Positions 27,327 to 37,682 of a stretch of DNA of 64,000 nt are shown here, in pieces. Positions within the stretch are counted from its first letter, which is position 1. Each line of letters begins with the position of its first letter. The stretch is from a virus. The stretch is from the IMG/VR virus record IMGVR_UViG_3300031576_000026, positions 1 through 64,000 of that record, one strand, 5' to 3'. Under the pieces are notes generated by a model. The model saw only the letters and a program-made list of their open reading frames with translations. It searched no databases and was not told the DNA's origin. Made by a program: the position numbers and the translations under genes.

Positions 27327-29087
27327 ATGGCTAATAATATCTTCGAATTTTTAAATGGATTAAGGATTAAACCAGTCTCTTCTTCATCATCTTCAAGAGA
27401 AGGAGAATTTGAATTATTATCCACAGATAATAAACTTAGAATATTCGCTGGTGCTTCTAATAGAGCGGTTGTCACAGAAGATCAAACTCAAACCTTAACT
27501 AATAAAACCCTAAGTGGTTCTTTAAATACCTTCTCAAATCTACCCTCATCTGCTTTCAATATTGATTCCGATATTAACTGGAATCAATTTAGCATAACTA
27601 ATTTTAGAAGACTTGAATTTTTTGATCCAGCTGCCGTTATTGTTGGTTCTAATAAATTATATGTGAAAAGTGGCAATCTTTTTTACAATGATGGTAGTGG
27701 AAATCAAATACAACTAACAATTAGCGGTATTGTTAATGCTAGTGAATCTATTACAGGATTAAGCCCAGATGATACTGTAGTTTTTAATGATGCTGATAAT
27801 ACACTCTCTTTTAATGCAGATGGTGGGTCTGATAATATGGTGCTTCAAGCATCAGAATATCAAGCTTTTTCGAAATACACATTTGGTATAGCCGGAACTC
27901 CCAATTTAGATTTTTCGAGTAGTCAATTCAATTTTAATAATGGTGGAACTGGTAATGGTAATCTGAAAGCTGGAACTTATACTGGCACAGCCAGTATAAA
28001 TGTTTTAGATATAACCGGAACAGCAGGAGGAGATGCAGTACAACTTATTGGAAGATTGACAACTTCTACTACTACAGATGGTCTAATTATTAGATCTAAT
28101 ACAGGAGCTGTTAGTAATAGAGTTGCGACTTCAGGTTCTGATACAAATGCAGGAGCAGCAATTAGATTAGTTCCGGATGGAGTTGCGACTAATGGTGGAA
28201 GTATAGATTATTTTGCTCATTCTACATCAAATTCCATTGATAAAAATAAGCATAGATTCTTTATAAGAACTGGAGTTGGTACTTCTACAGAAGCTGTTAG
28301 AATTAGTAGTGTTGGATTAACTATAAATCCGGGCGCAGGTGGACCACGCTTTAGTGATGATGGTTTCGGTCGATTAGTTATTGAAACACCGTCTGAACCT
28401 GATGGTAGAGTTAGATTAGGACCAGCTGGTGGTGTCAATATATCAAATTCCGCTGGTGCTTTAGAAGTAACACCCGGAAGCGGAATAATAGGAATAATAG
28501 TTGCATCTGGTAGTGTTAGATTGGGATCGGTGTTTAGTGGTGTTAGTTTATCAAATTCCGCTGGTGCTTTAGAAGTAGCCGTTTTAAGTGGTGCAGTCGG
28601 ATTAAAAGTAGTTGGAGGGGTTGAATCTCAGTTAGATGGAAGTATAAGATTAGGGGGAAGTGCGGCTCCTACCACATTTCTTGTTAAACATCCTTCATCT
28701 ACTGTCCCTGTTGTAAATGTGTCAGATGGAGCATCCTCTAGTAGAAGTATCGTTGTTGGTCCATTGGATAGTGAGTTATTTAGTAGTCTTAGAATTATTA
28801 GGGGAAGAATTAGTAAAACTGGCACTCTTTTATCTGGAGAAGGATTTACTGCCTCTCAACCAGGAGCAATAAATGGATTAGTGAGGGCCGATTTTACAAC
28901 AGTATTTTCAGCTACTCCTACTGTTGTTGCTTCAGTTGAATTAGTTCTTGAAAATACGGGGGCTCATTTTTCATGTACGCACACTTTAAGCACGGGTGGA
29001 GTAGAATTTGATATTGTTGATGATACGGGGAGCCGGGACACCACAAACGTTCAAGCGCTTAATTTTATTGCAATTGGACCGAGGTAA
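27327..29087 (+). CDS. tail or head fibre protein
   Basis: QTQTLTNKTL motif, Gly/Ser-rich, H-lectin/gp53-like C-terminus ending FIAIGPR. Confidence 0.7.
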   Translation: MANNIFEFLNGLRIKPVSSSSSSREGEFELLSTDNKLRIFAGASNRAVVTEDQTQTLTNKTLSGSLNTFSNLPSSAFNIDSDINWNQFSITNFRRLEFFDPAAVIVGSNKLYVKSGNLFYNDGSGNQIQLTISGIVNASESITGLSPDDTVVFNDADNTLSFNADGGSDNMVLQASEYQAFSKYTFGIAGTPNLDFSSSQFNFNNGGTGNGNLKAGTYTGTASINVLDITGTAGGDAVQLIGRLTTSTTTDGLIIRSNTGAVSNRVATSGSDTNAGAAIRLVPDGVATNGGSIDYFAHSTSNSIDKNKHRFFIRTGVGTSTEAVRISSVGLTINPGAGGPRFSDDGFGRLVIETPSEPDGRVRLGPAGGVNISNSAGALEVTPGSGIIGIIVASGSVRLGSVFSGVSLSNSAGALEVAVLSGAVGLKVVGGVESQLDGSIRLGGSAAPTTFLVKHPSSTVPVVNVSDGASSSRSIVVGPLDSELFSSLRIIRGRISKTGTLLSGEGFTASQPGAINGLVRADFTTVFSATPTVVASVELVLENTGAHFSCTHTLSTGGVEFDIVDDTGSRDTTNVQALNFIAIGPR

Positions 29088-29092
29088 TTCAT

Positions 29093-29278
29093 ATGGCTAA
29101 ATTAAGTTCTAAAGCAAAAAAATGGATAAGTGATAAGATAAGTAAACTGGCTCATGAAGGTTATAAAGATCCCAATCAACGTTCAGCCATTGCTTATAGC
29201 ATGGCGCGTAAGAAGAAATATGATGTTCCAGAATCACCTTCAAAATTCAAAAAAATTCGTAAAATGATGAAAAAATAA
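29093..29278 (+). CDS. small basic protein
   Basis: KISKLAHEG...Q..AIAYSMAR, a common small phage family. Confidence 0.65.
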   Translation: MAKLSSKAKKWISDKISKLAHEGYKDPNQRSAIAYSMARKKKYDVPESPSKFKKIRKMMKK

Positions 29279-29697
29279 TGCAAAGACAAATTACACATTT
29301 AGATAGTGATCAAATAAATAAAAGAATTTTTGATGAATCACAAGATGCTAATCGTGTGGTTATAGTGGGTGGTGTAGACTTTAATTTTGAACATAAAGAT
29401 CCTAAAGTTATTACTATAAAAGAACCCATCATTATTAGAGAAACAGAAATTAGAGAAATAGAAAAACCTATTATTATAAAAGAATTCGAATTAAAGGAAA
29501 TACATATACCAGTTATTGTGAAGGAATTAGAAATTAAGGAAGTTGAAAGAATTGTTTATAAAGATTCACCAAAAGATATACATTATGTAGATAAAATAGT
29601 TAAAGAATTTCATACACCTAAAGCATTGCAGTATCTATTACTTTTACAGGGATTATTGATTGTTGGTTTACTAACAACTTTATTTATAAAGAGTTAA
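29278..29697 (+). CDS. protein with alveolin-like E/K/I/V/P repeats and C-terminal TM
   Basis: IKEPIIIRETEIREIEKPIIIKE...; hydrophobic C-terminus. Confidence 0.6.
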   Translation: MQRQITHLDSDQINKRIFDESQDANRVVIVGGVDFNFEHKDPKVITIKEPIIIRETEIREIEKPIIIKEFELKEIHIPVIVKELEIKEVERIVYKDSPKDIHYVDKIVKEFHTPKALQYLLLLQGLLIVGLLTTLFIKS

Positions 29698-29716
29698 GCC
29701 AAAAGGATTATAAATT

Positions 29717-30739
29717 ATGGCAACTACATTAGATTTTAGCCAGGTTCTACAAAGAGCTTTTGATGAATCAGCCCAGGCTCTTAAAGTTACAGTAAGTGGG
29801 GCTGTATTAGAGGTTAATCTAGATAATACCGATGATGATGTTTTAGTTTATGGGTTTGATGGAGTAGCGAATAAAAAGATTAAAACCGATGCAGCTGGAG
29901 AATTACAAATTGACGTATTATCTTCAGCACTTCCAGCAGGAGCAGCCACTGAAGCCACATTAGTTGGTATAGCAGTTGGGATTGGCTCTATTGATTCAGA
30001 TATAGATGTCTCTCTTTCTTCAAGAGCTAGTGAATTAACACTTTCATCCATAAACACCAAATTAACCGATGCTTCTCAAAAGACTCAAATCGTTGATGGT
30101 GTTGGTAGCGTTATTGGAAGTACATCCAACGCTTTAGATGTTAATATTAAATCTAGTGCTATAACATTAGAAGTTAATCTAGATAATGCTAATGACGATG
30201 TTTTAATTTATGGATTTGATGGTGCGGTTAATAGGGCTATAAAAACTGATGCTGCTGGTGAATTACAAATAGATGTTCTATCTTCGGCACTACCCGCTGG
30301 TGCTGCAACAGAAGCTACCTTATCCTCAATTAATGGTAAATTAAATTCTTTAGGCCAAAAAGTAATGACTGCATCTGTTCCAGTGGTTATTGCTTCTGAT
30401 CAATCTACAGTTAAGCAAAGTCAAACTGGTAGAAGTGTTGTAACTACTACAAGAAATGATTACAGTTCTTCTAGTGTAACCACGGCAGCTTGGAGTCAAT
30501 TAATTGCTTCTACAGCAGCTGATATTCATGAAATTGAAATTTTTGATAGTTCGGGTCAAACTTTAGAATTAGGAACTGGGGCAGCAGCCGCTGAAACAAG
30601 GTTACTTCTAGTGTTTCCAGGGGGAAATGGTCGTGTTCAATCTTTTGTTGTTTCAGGAACCAGGATTTCTATTAGAGCAGTTTCTGCTAATGCCACAGTG
30701 GGCGAGAGTTCAATCAACTATTATGGAGCTGGAATCTAA
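29717..30739 (+). CDS. virion structural (spike/decoration) protein with internal duplication
   Basis: Two LEVNLDN..DDVL.YGFDG...IKTDAAGELQIDVLSSALPAGAATEATL units. Confidence 0.65.
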   Translation: MATTLDFSQVLQRAFDESAQALKVTVSGAVLEVNLDNTDDDVLVYGFDGVANKKIKTDAAGELQIDVLSSALPAGAATEATLVGIAVGIGSIDSDIDVSLSSRASELTLSSINTKLTDASQKTQIVDGVGSVIGSTSNALDVNIKSSAITLEVNLDNANDDVLIYGFDGAVNRAIKTDAAGELQIDVLSSALPAGAATEATLSSINGKLNSLGQKVMTASVPVVIASDQSTVKQSQTGRSVVTTTRNDYSSSSVTTAAWSQLIASTAADIHEIEIFDSSGQTLELGTGAAAAETRLLLVFPGGNGRVQSFVVSGTRISIRAVSANATVGESSINYYGAGI

Positions 30740-30788
30740 TTAACTATTATATACTGTCTAATTAAATAGACACTTAATTGGGATAATC

Positions 30789-32588
30789 ATGTCATCACCT
30801 TTTATATGGAATGGAAATTTTGCTAAATCATTAAAACAAAGATTAAATCTTAATGATAAAGCATATATTCTTCCGGAAACTACTGATCCTACCGTATCAG
30901 CAACCGATGCACCTAGAAGTTCACTTGTTTTACAAGATACGGGCTCTGGTGGTAAATTATTCATAAAACAAGATACAGGTTCTTCTACTAACTGGAATCA
31001 GTTATTAGATTCATCAGCTAGTGATGCTTTATATCTTCGTTTAAATGGATCTAATTCAATAACTTCTTTTATTGATTATACCCAAACTGCTACACCAGCT
31101 AGTCCTGCAGCGTCCCACAATCGATACTATTTTAAGAGTAACAATCGTCCAGCTACTTTAGATAGCACGGGCCAAGAAGTTTTTCAAGTTTGGCAAAATA
31201 CTGCTTTTAGTACATTTATTGGAACTGCAGCAACTACTACAACAGCAGTTGCAAATACGGCTGCCGGTTTTGATGCTGGACTTTCCCTAACTACAGGAGC
31301 TGTAAATGCTTTATTTGGGACGAATGCAGGAAAAGCATTAACAACAGGATCTGCAAATGCTTATTTTGGAGTAGCAGCAGGAGAATTTACTACAACAGGA
31401 GGGAACAATACATGTGTTGGAAGGAGTGCTGGAAATTCCCTTACTACGGCGGGGGATTGTACTTATGTTGGATCAGAAGCAGGAAAACTCGCTACAATAG
31501 GAACGAGAAATACATGTATTGGAATGAAAGCTGGAACTTCCCTTGTTACTGCGGAAGATTGTACTTATGTTGGCGGTTTTGCGGGTATATTCGCTACGGG
31601 AAGTCATAATACTGTTGTAGGATCATTAGCTTTTAATGGTCTTGCATCTACTGGCAGTTTTAACACAGCTATTGGTCGTGCTGCTATGAGCACTGGCACT
31701 ATAACAGGAACTCAAAATACTGCACTTGGGTACAACGCACTTCTGGAACTAACTACAGGAATTCAAAATACAGCTTGTGGTGCAGCAGCTTTACGTCAAG
31801 TTACGACTGGAAGCAACAATTCTGCTCTTGGTTTAGCTGCTGGTGTAAATGTGACCACAGGTAGCGATAACATCTTTCTTGGAGCTAACAACCTTTCAGG
31901 TTCAGCTGTAACAGCTTCAAATGAATGGGTTGTTGGTAGTCAACTTAATCCAATTAATAATGCATATTTTGGTCGTGGATTTTCGTCTCCAACTTTAGCT
32001 GACTTTACCATGGGAGTTGCTGGGGCAACAGGAACTGATATCTCGGCTAATGCTTCAGGCTTCAAAATAGCTGGCGCAAGAGGAACAGGAACTGGCGCTG
32101 GTGGGCACATCTTTTTTCAGACTGCTCCTGCGGGTGCTACGGGATCTACACAAAATGCCCTTGTTAGCCGATGGGAGATCGAAGATGTTAGCGGACATCT
32201 TTTAGCTTCTACGGACAATGTCTCAGACATTGGCGGAGTTACCAGGCCAAGAGATTTATTTTTAGGACGGCATTTTTCTTTCGAAGGGAAATTAAAAGGC
32301 CATAGAACTGCAGTAGCGGATGCAAATTATACTACAGTTGAAGGAGACTATATTGTTGCCTTTTCCTCTCTAACTCTTCCTAGGACTGTTAACTTAGTTG
32401 CAGCTGCAACAGCGGGTAGTGGCACAGTTCTTTACATAAAAGACGAAGCTGGAACTGCAGGAACAAACAACATCACAGTTGATCCAGCAGGTGCAGAAAC
32501 CGTAGACGGATCTACTACGATTCTTATTAGTGCAAATTTTGGAGTTGCAAGACTTTACTCAAATGGAGCTAATTGGTTTACTTTTTAA
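30789..32588 (+). CDS. tail fibre with YadA-head-like beta-roll repeats
   Basis: Repeated NT.[IVL]G..A...LTTG units. Confidence 0.75.
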   Translation: MSSPFIWNGNFAKSLKQRLNLNDKAYILPETTDPTVSATDAPRSSLVLQDTGSGGKLFIKQDTGSSTNWNQLLDSSASDALYLRLNGSNSITSFIDYTQTATPASPAASHNRYYFKSNNRPATLDSTGQEVFQVWQNTAFSTFIGTAATTTTAVANTAAGFDAGLSLTTGAVNALFGTNAGKALTTGSANAYFGVAAGEFTTTGGNNTCVGRSAGNSLTTAGDCTYVGSEAGKLATIGTRNTCIGMKAGTSLVTAEDCTYVGGFAGIFATGSHNTVVGSLAFNGLASTGSFNTAIGRAAMSTGTITGTQNTALGYNALLELTTGIQNTACGAAALRQVTTGSNNSALGLAAGVNVTTGSDNIFLGANNLSGSAVTASNEWVVGSQLNPINNAYFGRGFSSPTLADFTMGVAGATGTDISANASGFKIAGARGTGTGAGGHIFFQTAPAGATGSTQNALVSRWEIEDVSGHLLASTDNVSDIGGVTRPRDLFLGRHFSFEGKLKGHRTAVADANYTTVEGDYIVAFSSLTLPRTVNLVAAATAGSGTVLYIKDEAGTAGTNNITVDPAGAETVDGSTTILISANFGVARLYSNGANWFTF

Positions 32589-32597
32589 GGACTAAAT

Positions 32598-33824
32598 ATG
32601 TCTGACGTCAATTTTAATTCAAGCACTAAAAAGGCAGCAGTCTCAGGGGATGCGGGATCTTTTACCGATCTTTCTTTGACAAGCTTTACAGATTTTACAC
32701 AAATTGCAACTCCGGCTAATCCCACTGCTCTGCATGATCGTCTCTACTTTAAAAGTGATGACAAACTTTATAAGAAAACAAGTGCTGGAGTAGAATCAGA
32801 AGTAGGGGGCGCAGGAACTCCTGCGGGGGCAGATACTCAAATACAGTTTAACGATGCTGGGGCTTTCGGTGGAGATGCTGATTTCATTTGGAATAAAACA
32901 ACTAATCTGTTAACAATAACAGGCAGGACAACTATTTCAGCGGGTACTTTAGCTAGTGCTACTTCTGCACTTCGCGCAACAGGTACTTTAGACACAACTG
33001 GATTTGAAGTGCTAATCGATTCTTCGGCTACTTCTTCTGGCTCTGCCGCATCTCAAGAGCAGTTCTCTGTGTTCGGATCAATGGGAGCTGGTCATACCGG
33101 CGCTGGGCTTTTAGTTGGTGTGTTTGGAGGGAATACCGCGCTTGGAACCGGCAATTTGTTGTCTCTTGCTGGCAATTTTGGCGGAGTATTCAGCGCTGAA
33201 GTGGGAGCACCCACGGGAGTAAGAGTAGGAGCCTTAGGAAAAGCAACGGGCTCATCTAAGAATTATGGTTTAATAGGATTTGGTCTTGGTGGGACAATAG
33301 AAACTGTTGGTGTTTATGGATCAGCTAATGCTTTTGCTGGGAATGGCGCTGGTGGGTATTTTATATTTGACACTGATGGCAATCCTGGAGTTCGTCCAAA
33401 TACCACAGGTGCTTTAATAGCAAACAATAATACTGCTGCTTTTTCTATTTTTAAAGCTCAAGATAATGGGAGCACCATCTTTGAAATTAAAGACGGGGGT
33501 GACGTTGTCATTTCCAAAGCTAATGTTCTCGGATCATCTTCAACTAGTTTAACGGCAGACAATCAAGTAGTTTCTCCTGCGAACACAAGCTATATTCGTC
33601 TTAGCTCTGATAATGCAGTTGCAACGAATCGAACTTTCACTTTATCTGCTGGAACAGCAGGGCAGCAACTCCTTTTAGAATGGACTGGAACAAATGCTGC
33701 TGAACTCCTAGCAGACGCAAATACGAAACTCTCGGTTACATGGCTTCCGACAGAATTTGATACTTTGTCTTTAATTTATAATGGAGCCGCTTGGCTCGAA
33801 GTTGCTAGGAGTACAAATGCCTAA
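32598..33824 (+). CDS. tail fibre/spike protein
   Basis: PAGADTQIQFNDAGAFGG linker; Gly-rich beta-helix-like region. Confidence 0.7.
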   Translation: MSDVNFNSSTKKAAVSGDAGSFTDLSLTSFTDFTQIATPANPTALHDRLYFKSDDKLYKKTSAGVESEVGGAGTPAGADTQIQFNDAGAFGGDADFIWNKTTNLLTITGRTTISAGTLASATSALRATGTLDTTGFEVLIDSSATSSGSAASQEQFSVFGSMGAGHTGAGLLVGVFGGNTALGTGNLLSLAGNFGGVFSAEVGAPTGVRVGALGKATGSSKNYGLIGFGLGGTIETVGVYGSANAFAGNGAGGYFIFDTDGNPGVRPNTTGALIANNNTAAFSIFKAQDNGSTIFEIKDGGDVVISKANVLGSSSTSLTADNQVVSPANTSYIRLSSDNAVATNRTFTLSAGTAGQQLLLEWTGTNAAELLADANTKLSVTWLPTEFDTLSLIYNGAAWLEVARSTNA

Positions 33825-34035
33825 AAATTTAAAACGCATCCGTGAAATTAAATTAGTTCCGGATTCCTCGGGACTATCCTTTAGTCATATACTAGTTGAA
33901 TATGAATCTGGAGCATCAGAATATGCTGATGTTAGCATTTCAAAAAATTTAAAAGATGATCCCTCTGGACTGGATTTGACTAAAGCCCAAGACGTGTTCA
34001 ACTACGCTAAAGGGAAAGCTGAAGGTAATTTATAA
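33817..34035 (+). CDS. small hypothetical protein (possible fibre chaperone)
   Basis: ATG at 33817 with AGGAG RBS within track ORF 33781..34035. Confidence 0.5.
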   Translation: MPKNLKRIREIKLVPDSSGLSFSHILVEYESGASEYADVSISKNLKDDPSGLDLTKAQDVFNYAKGKAEGNL

Positions 34036-34146
34036 CTTATTAGATTCTTTGAGAGATTCTATATATCATAGTGAGAATATTCTATAATATATAATTTAAC
34101 AACTATATATAGATTTAATTCTTCTGTATAATTAAGGAGATAATCA

Positions 34147-35742
34147 ATGTCACAATTAGCATGGCGCAATCCGGCCAGAATGATGGATTCTGCATCTACG
34201 GTATTGCCTAGTGGTTCTGGTCCGGTTGTTGTTGATAGTGTTGTTGTTCAAAATCATGACCGTATTCTTTTTACACAATTAAGTGATCCGTTAAAAAATA
34301 ATAGGATATTTAAACCCAATAATATTGGTGTTAGTGTTAACTGGGTCTTAGAAAAAGATGGATATGATGCTGTAAAAGCTGAATTTCATGGAGACCCTTC
34401 AGATGGTGAAATTCTTTATGTAAGAGAAGGGGCAATTCATAAAGACAAAATTTTTGCGTTTAGATCTGAATCTAATACATGGGATAATATTCTTCAAGGT
34501 GCTTCTGATATCGTAGCTATCCACAGGGATAATTCTCAACCTCCTAGTACAAATATTAGCTGGAATAATTTTAAATTAATGGATTTGGCTAATGCAACTT
34601 TAGCAAATGATGCTATTAATAAAGGCCAATTAGATGCAGCAATTGCTAGTGTTTCTATGGCGGCAGATCCAAACGCCATTCGTAAAAATAATACAAATCC
34701 TCCAATCACTGATATTTCTTGGGCTGGATTTCGTTTAATTAATTTGGGTAATGGTCTTGTTGCCGGTGATGCTGTTAATAAATCACAATTAGATCTTAAA
34801 GCTGATCTTAGTTATGTTAATTCGCAAAATGCTGCTCAGGATTTAGTAATAGCTGCTAAGGCAAATACAAGCTATGTTGATTCACAAAATGCTGCTCAAG
34901 ATGCAGTAATCGCTCTTAAGGCTGATAAAACATATGTTGATTCACAAAATGCTGCTCAAGATGCAGTAATCGCTCTTAAGGCTGATAAAACTTATGTAGA
35001 TGCACAGGACACTCTTAAAGCTAATATTACATATGTTGATTCACAAAATGCTGCTCAAGATGCAGTAATCGCTCTTAAGGCTGATAAAACATATGTTGAT
35101 TTTCAAAATGCTGCTCAAGATGCACAAATTGCTATTAGATTAAGAACAGACGGTGGCAATCAAATGGCTGGTGATCTAAAATGGTCATCTGATAATTTAT
35201 TTGACATTGGAGCCTCTGGAGTTAACCGTCCAAGAAGTGGTTATTTTGGAACTTCTCTTGTTGTTGGCAATTCTTTCACTATTACATCTAATAGTGTTGC
35301 TGGAGATGAGACTAGTCATCTTACTATTAAATCAAAGCCCTCTTCTACAGCACCTTATTTCTTTAAAGTACTTCCCTCTGATACCACAGGTAGATCAGAA
35401 AGAATAAGGGTTGGAAAAATAGATTTAGTGTATGGCGAAGCTGGAACCGGTGGATTTTTCGACAATGACGGCTTTGGTATAATGAATAACGTTAATGGTC
35501 AACCTATAGCAGAATTAACAATAGGTGGTGGAACTATTAGATTTAGAGGATCTGATGTTCTAATTCATGAAGGACTTAGGGTTATAGGTTTTGTTAATCT
35601 TTCTGGTGGTCATATGAATTTAGCCCCCAAAACCACAGCACAAAGAGATGCATTTGGTGCTACGGCTGGGGCCATTGTGTTTAATTCAACCGTTGGTAAA
35701 CATCAAGGATTTGATGGAACTAACTGGAATGATATGTATTAA
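34147..35742 (+). CDS. fibre protein with 20-aa coiled-coil repeats
   Basis: ADKTYVDSQNAAQDAVIALK units (60-bp repeats around 34800-35125); DA[IV]NK.QLD motifs. Confidence 0.75.
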   Translation: MSQLAWRNPARMMDSASTVLPSGSGPVVVDSVVVQNHDRILFTQLSDPLKNNRIFKPNNIGVSVNWVLEKDGYDAVKAEFHGDPSDGEILYVREGAIHKDKIFAFRSESNTWDNILQGASDIVAIHRDNSQPPSTNISWNNFKLMDLANATLANDAINKGQLDAAIASVSMAADPNAIRKNNTNPPITDISWAGFRLINLGNGLVAGDAVNKSQLDLKADLSYVNSQNAAQDLVIAAKANTSYVDSQNAAQDAVIALKADKTYVDSQNAAQDAVIALKADKTYVDAQDTLKANITYVDSQNAAQDAVIALKADKTYVDFQNAAQDAQIAIRLRTDGGNQMAGDLKWSSDNLFDIGASGVNRPRSGYFGTSLVVGNSFTITSNSVAGDETSHLTIKSKPSSTAPYFFKVLPSDTTGRSERIRVGKIDLVYGEAGTGGFFDNDGFGIMNNVNGQPIAELTIGGGTIRFRGSDVLIHEGLRVIGFVNLSGGHMNLAPKTTAQRDAFGATAGAIVFNSTVGKHQGFDGTNWNDMY

Positions 35743-35753
35743 TAGGAGATAAA

Positions 35754-35990
35754 ATGGCAAGGATTGTATTAGTGATTAATAGTAGTAAAGAATCTATAAA
35801 TCAGTTAAACGAGAAGGTTATCAACGCTAGTGGTAATCCACACGAAGGTATTGTAAAATGTCGTAATTATTTAGATTCTCTTCTAGCTGGTGCTGTGGAT
35901 GCTAGCGTTCAAGCAACGACTCGGGACACAGATCCAGCAGTTGCTACTTCTGGTTCGGGATCAGCTCAGAGAACATACGATTTATCATAA
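35754..35990 (+). CDS. small structural protein
   Basis: AGGAG RBS. Confidence 0.6.
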   Translation: MARIVLVINSSKESINQLNEKVINASGNPHEGIVKCRNYLDSLLAGAVDASVQATTRDTDPAVATSGSGSAQRTYDLS

Positions 35991-36002
35991 TAAGAGGTAA
36001 GT

Positions 36003-36422
36003 ATGCCACATATGTATGAAAAAATGGCTAGAATGGCCTCTAAGAAAAAAAATAAAGAACCCATGTCTGATATGGAAAAGAAGGCTAAAATGGGAGTTCT
36101 TGGTTCTCTTAGAGATGAAATGTCTGGCATGATGAGCGATAAACTTAAATCTCTAAAAAAGGTTAGTGTTGCTTCTGATACTAAAGAAGGACTCAAAAAA
36201 GGTTTAGAAAAAGCAGAAGAGATGGTTGAAAGGGCTCCCGGTGATGAAGAAACAAAAGAAGAAGTGCCGATGGGTGAAGCGGGAGAATCAGAAGAAGAAT
36301 ATGAAGCCATGTCTAAAGAAGAGTTAGATTCTGAAATTAAAGAGATGGAAGCACACCTCGAAGGATTAAAAAAGCTAAGAGAGAAAAAATCCGATAATTC
36401 ATCTCCTAAGATGAACTATTAA
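36003..36422 (+). CDS. charged Met/Glu/Lys-rich protein
   Basis: GAGG RBS; low complexity. Confidence 0.65.
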   Translation: MPHMYEKMARMASKKKNKEPMSDMEKKAKMGVLGSLRDEMSGMMSDKLKSLKKVSVASDTKEGLKKGLEKAEEMVERAPGDEETKEEVPMGEAGESEEEYEAMSKEELDSEIKEMEAHLEGLKKLREKKSDNSSPKMNY

Positions 36423-36445
36423 AATTGCCATAGAAGGAGATTTTT

Positions 36446-37660
36446 ATGGCAACGCCTTGGATGACTAGTGATGATTTAGTCGCTGCAGTCAAAAGAAAAA
36501 TATCATTTCCCTCATCTCAAAGTACCTTCACTGATACTGAAATATTAGCATTTGCTAATGAAGAAATGGCTATATCCCAAGTTCCTGCAGTAATGTCTTT
36601 TCATGAAGAATACTTCGTCACAACAACAAAAGTTACTATAGAATCCAATAAAAATCGATATCCCATCCCAGAAAGAGCTATTGGGATGAAGTTAAGAGAC
36701 TTATTCTGGGAAGATGATAATGGCAATATATTCGAAATGACTAAAGTCTCTGAAGAAGATAGAGCATTTTTTCAAAGAAATATCGGTGCAAATCAAGCCA
36801 TTCATAAATATCTTATGGAAGGCAATGATATTATTTTAACTCCTCTTGTCCTATCTCAACCAACCGGCAAATTATTATTTGTTTATTTTTTGAGACCAAA
36901 CCAATTAGTATCGAATAACAAAGCGGCTATTATATCTTCTTTTGGAAGAACTATAACCGTTGATAATACATCTTTAGTGGCTGGTAATACTGTAACTATA
37001 AATTCTACAGTTTTTACTGCTGTTGGTGCTGCTCCAACCGGGAATCAATTTTTAATAGGCGGGACTTCGGCGATTACAGCAACCAATTTAAACACTGTAA
37101 TTAATGTTAGTGGAGTGGTTGCCTCTGCTATTTCTGGTACAGTCCTTACCCTAACCTTTAGCAATAGAAACTTAGAGACAACTACTACTAATAGTTCTGC
37201 TTTTGTAATATCTTCTCTGAAGATAAATTTTTCCAGCATTCCGATTAATATTACAAATGGATCAATAATTGACTTTCTACAAACTAGGCCGGGTCATAAA
37301 ACCATGGCATTTTCGGTCTCTATCCCTAGTTCTGGAGTTTCTGGCAATACTATATCTTTCACAGAAAGTGATATACCAGCAGATTTAATAGTTGGTGATT
37401 ACATTGCTTCAGAGAATGAATGTATTATACCACAAATTCCCAGTGATTTACACAATGGTCTTGCAGAAAGATCATCTGCTCGAATATTAGCTGCGTTAGG
37501 TGATAGAGAAGGGCTTCAAGTCAGTATAGCGAAAATACAGGAGATCGCTGCAGCAGAAGGACCATTGTTAGATAATAGAGTTGAAGGATCTCCTATTAAA
37601 ATTACGAGTAGACATTCTCTATTGAGATATAATAAAAGTTCGGTTAAAAGACGTATATAA
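36446..37660 (+). CDS. head-tail adaptor/gatekeeper-like protein with insertion
   Basis: T..DL...V.R...EILAFANEE N-terminus and PQIP.DLH C-terminus typical of adaptors. Confidence 0.65.
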   Translation: MATPWMTSDDLVAAVKRKISFPSSQSTFTDTEILAFANEEMAISQVPAVMSFHEEYFVTTTKVTIESNKNRYPIPERAIGMKLRDLFWEDDNGNIFEMTKVSEEDRAFFQRNIGANQAIHKYLMEGNDIILTPLVLSQPTGKLLFVYFLRPNQLVSNNKAAIISSFGRTITVDNTSLVAGNTVTINSTVFTAVGAAPTGNQFLIGGTSAITATNLNTVINVSGVVASAISGTVLTLTFSNRNLETTTTNSSAFVISSLKINFSSIPINITNGSIIDFLQTRPGHKTMAFSVSIPSSGVSGNTISFTESDIPADLIVGDYIASENECIIPQIPSDLHNGLAERSSARILAALGDREGLQVSIAKIQEIAAAEGPLLDNRVEGSPIKITSRHSLLRYNKSSVKRRI

Positions 37661-37682
37661 TGTATGTATTTGAGAGAACTTA

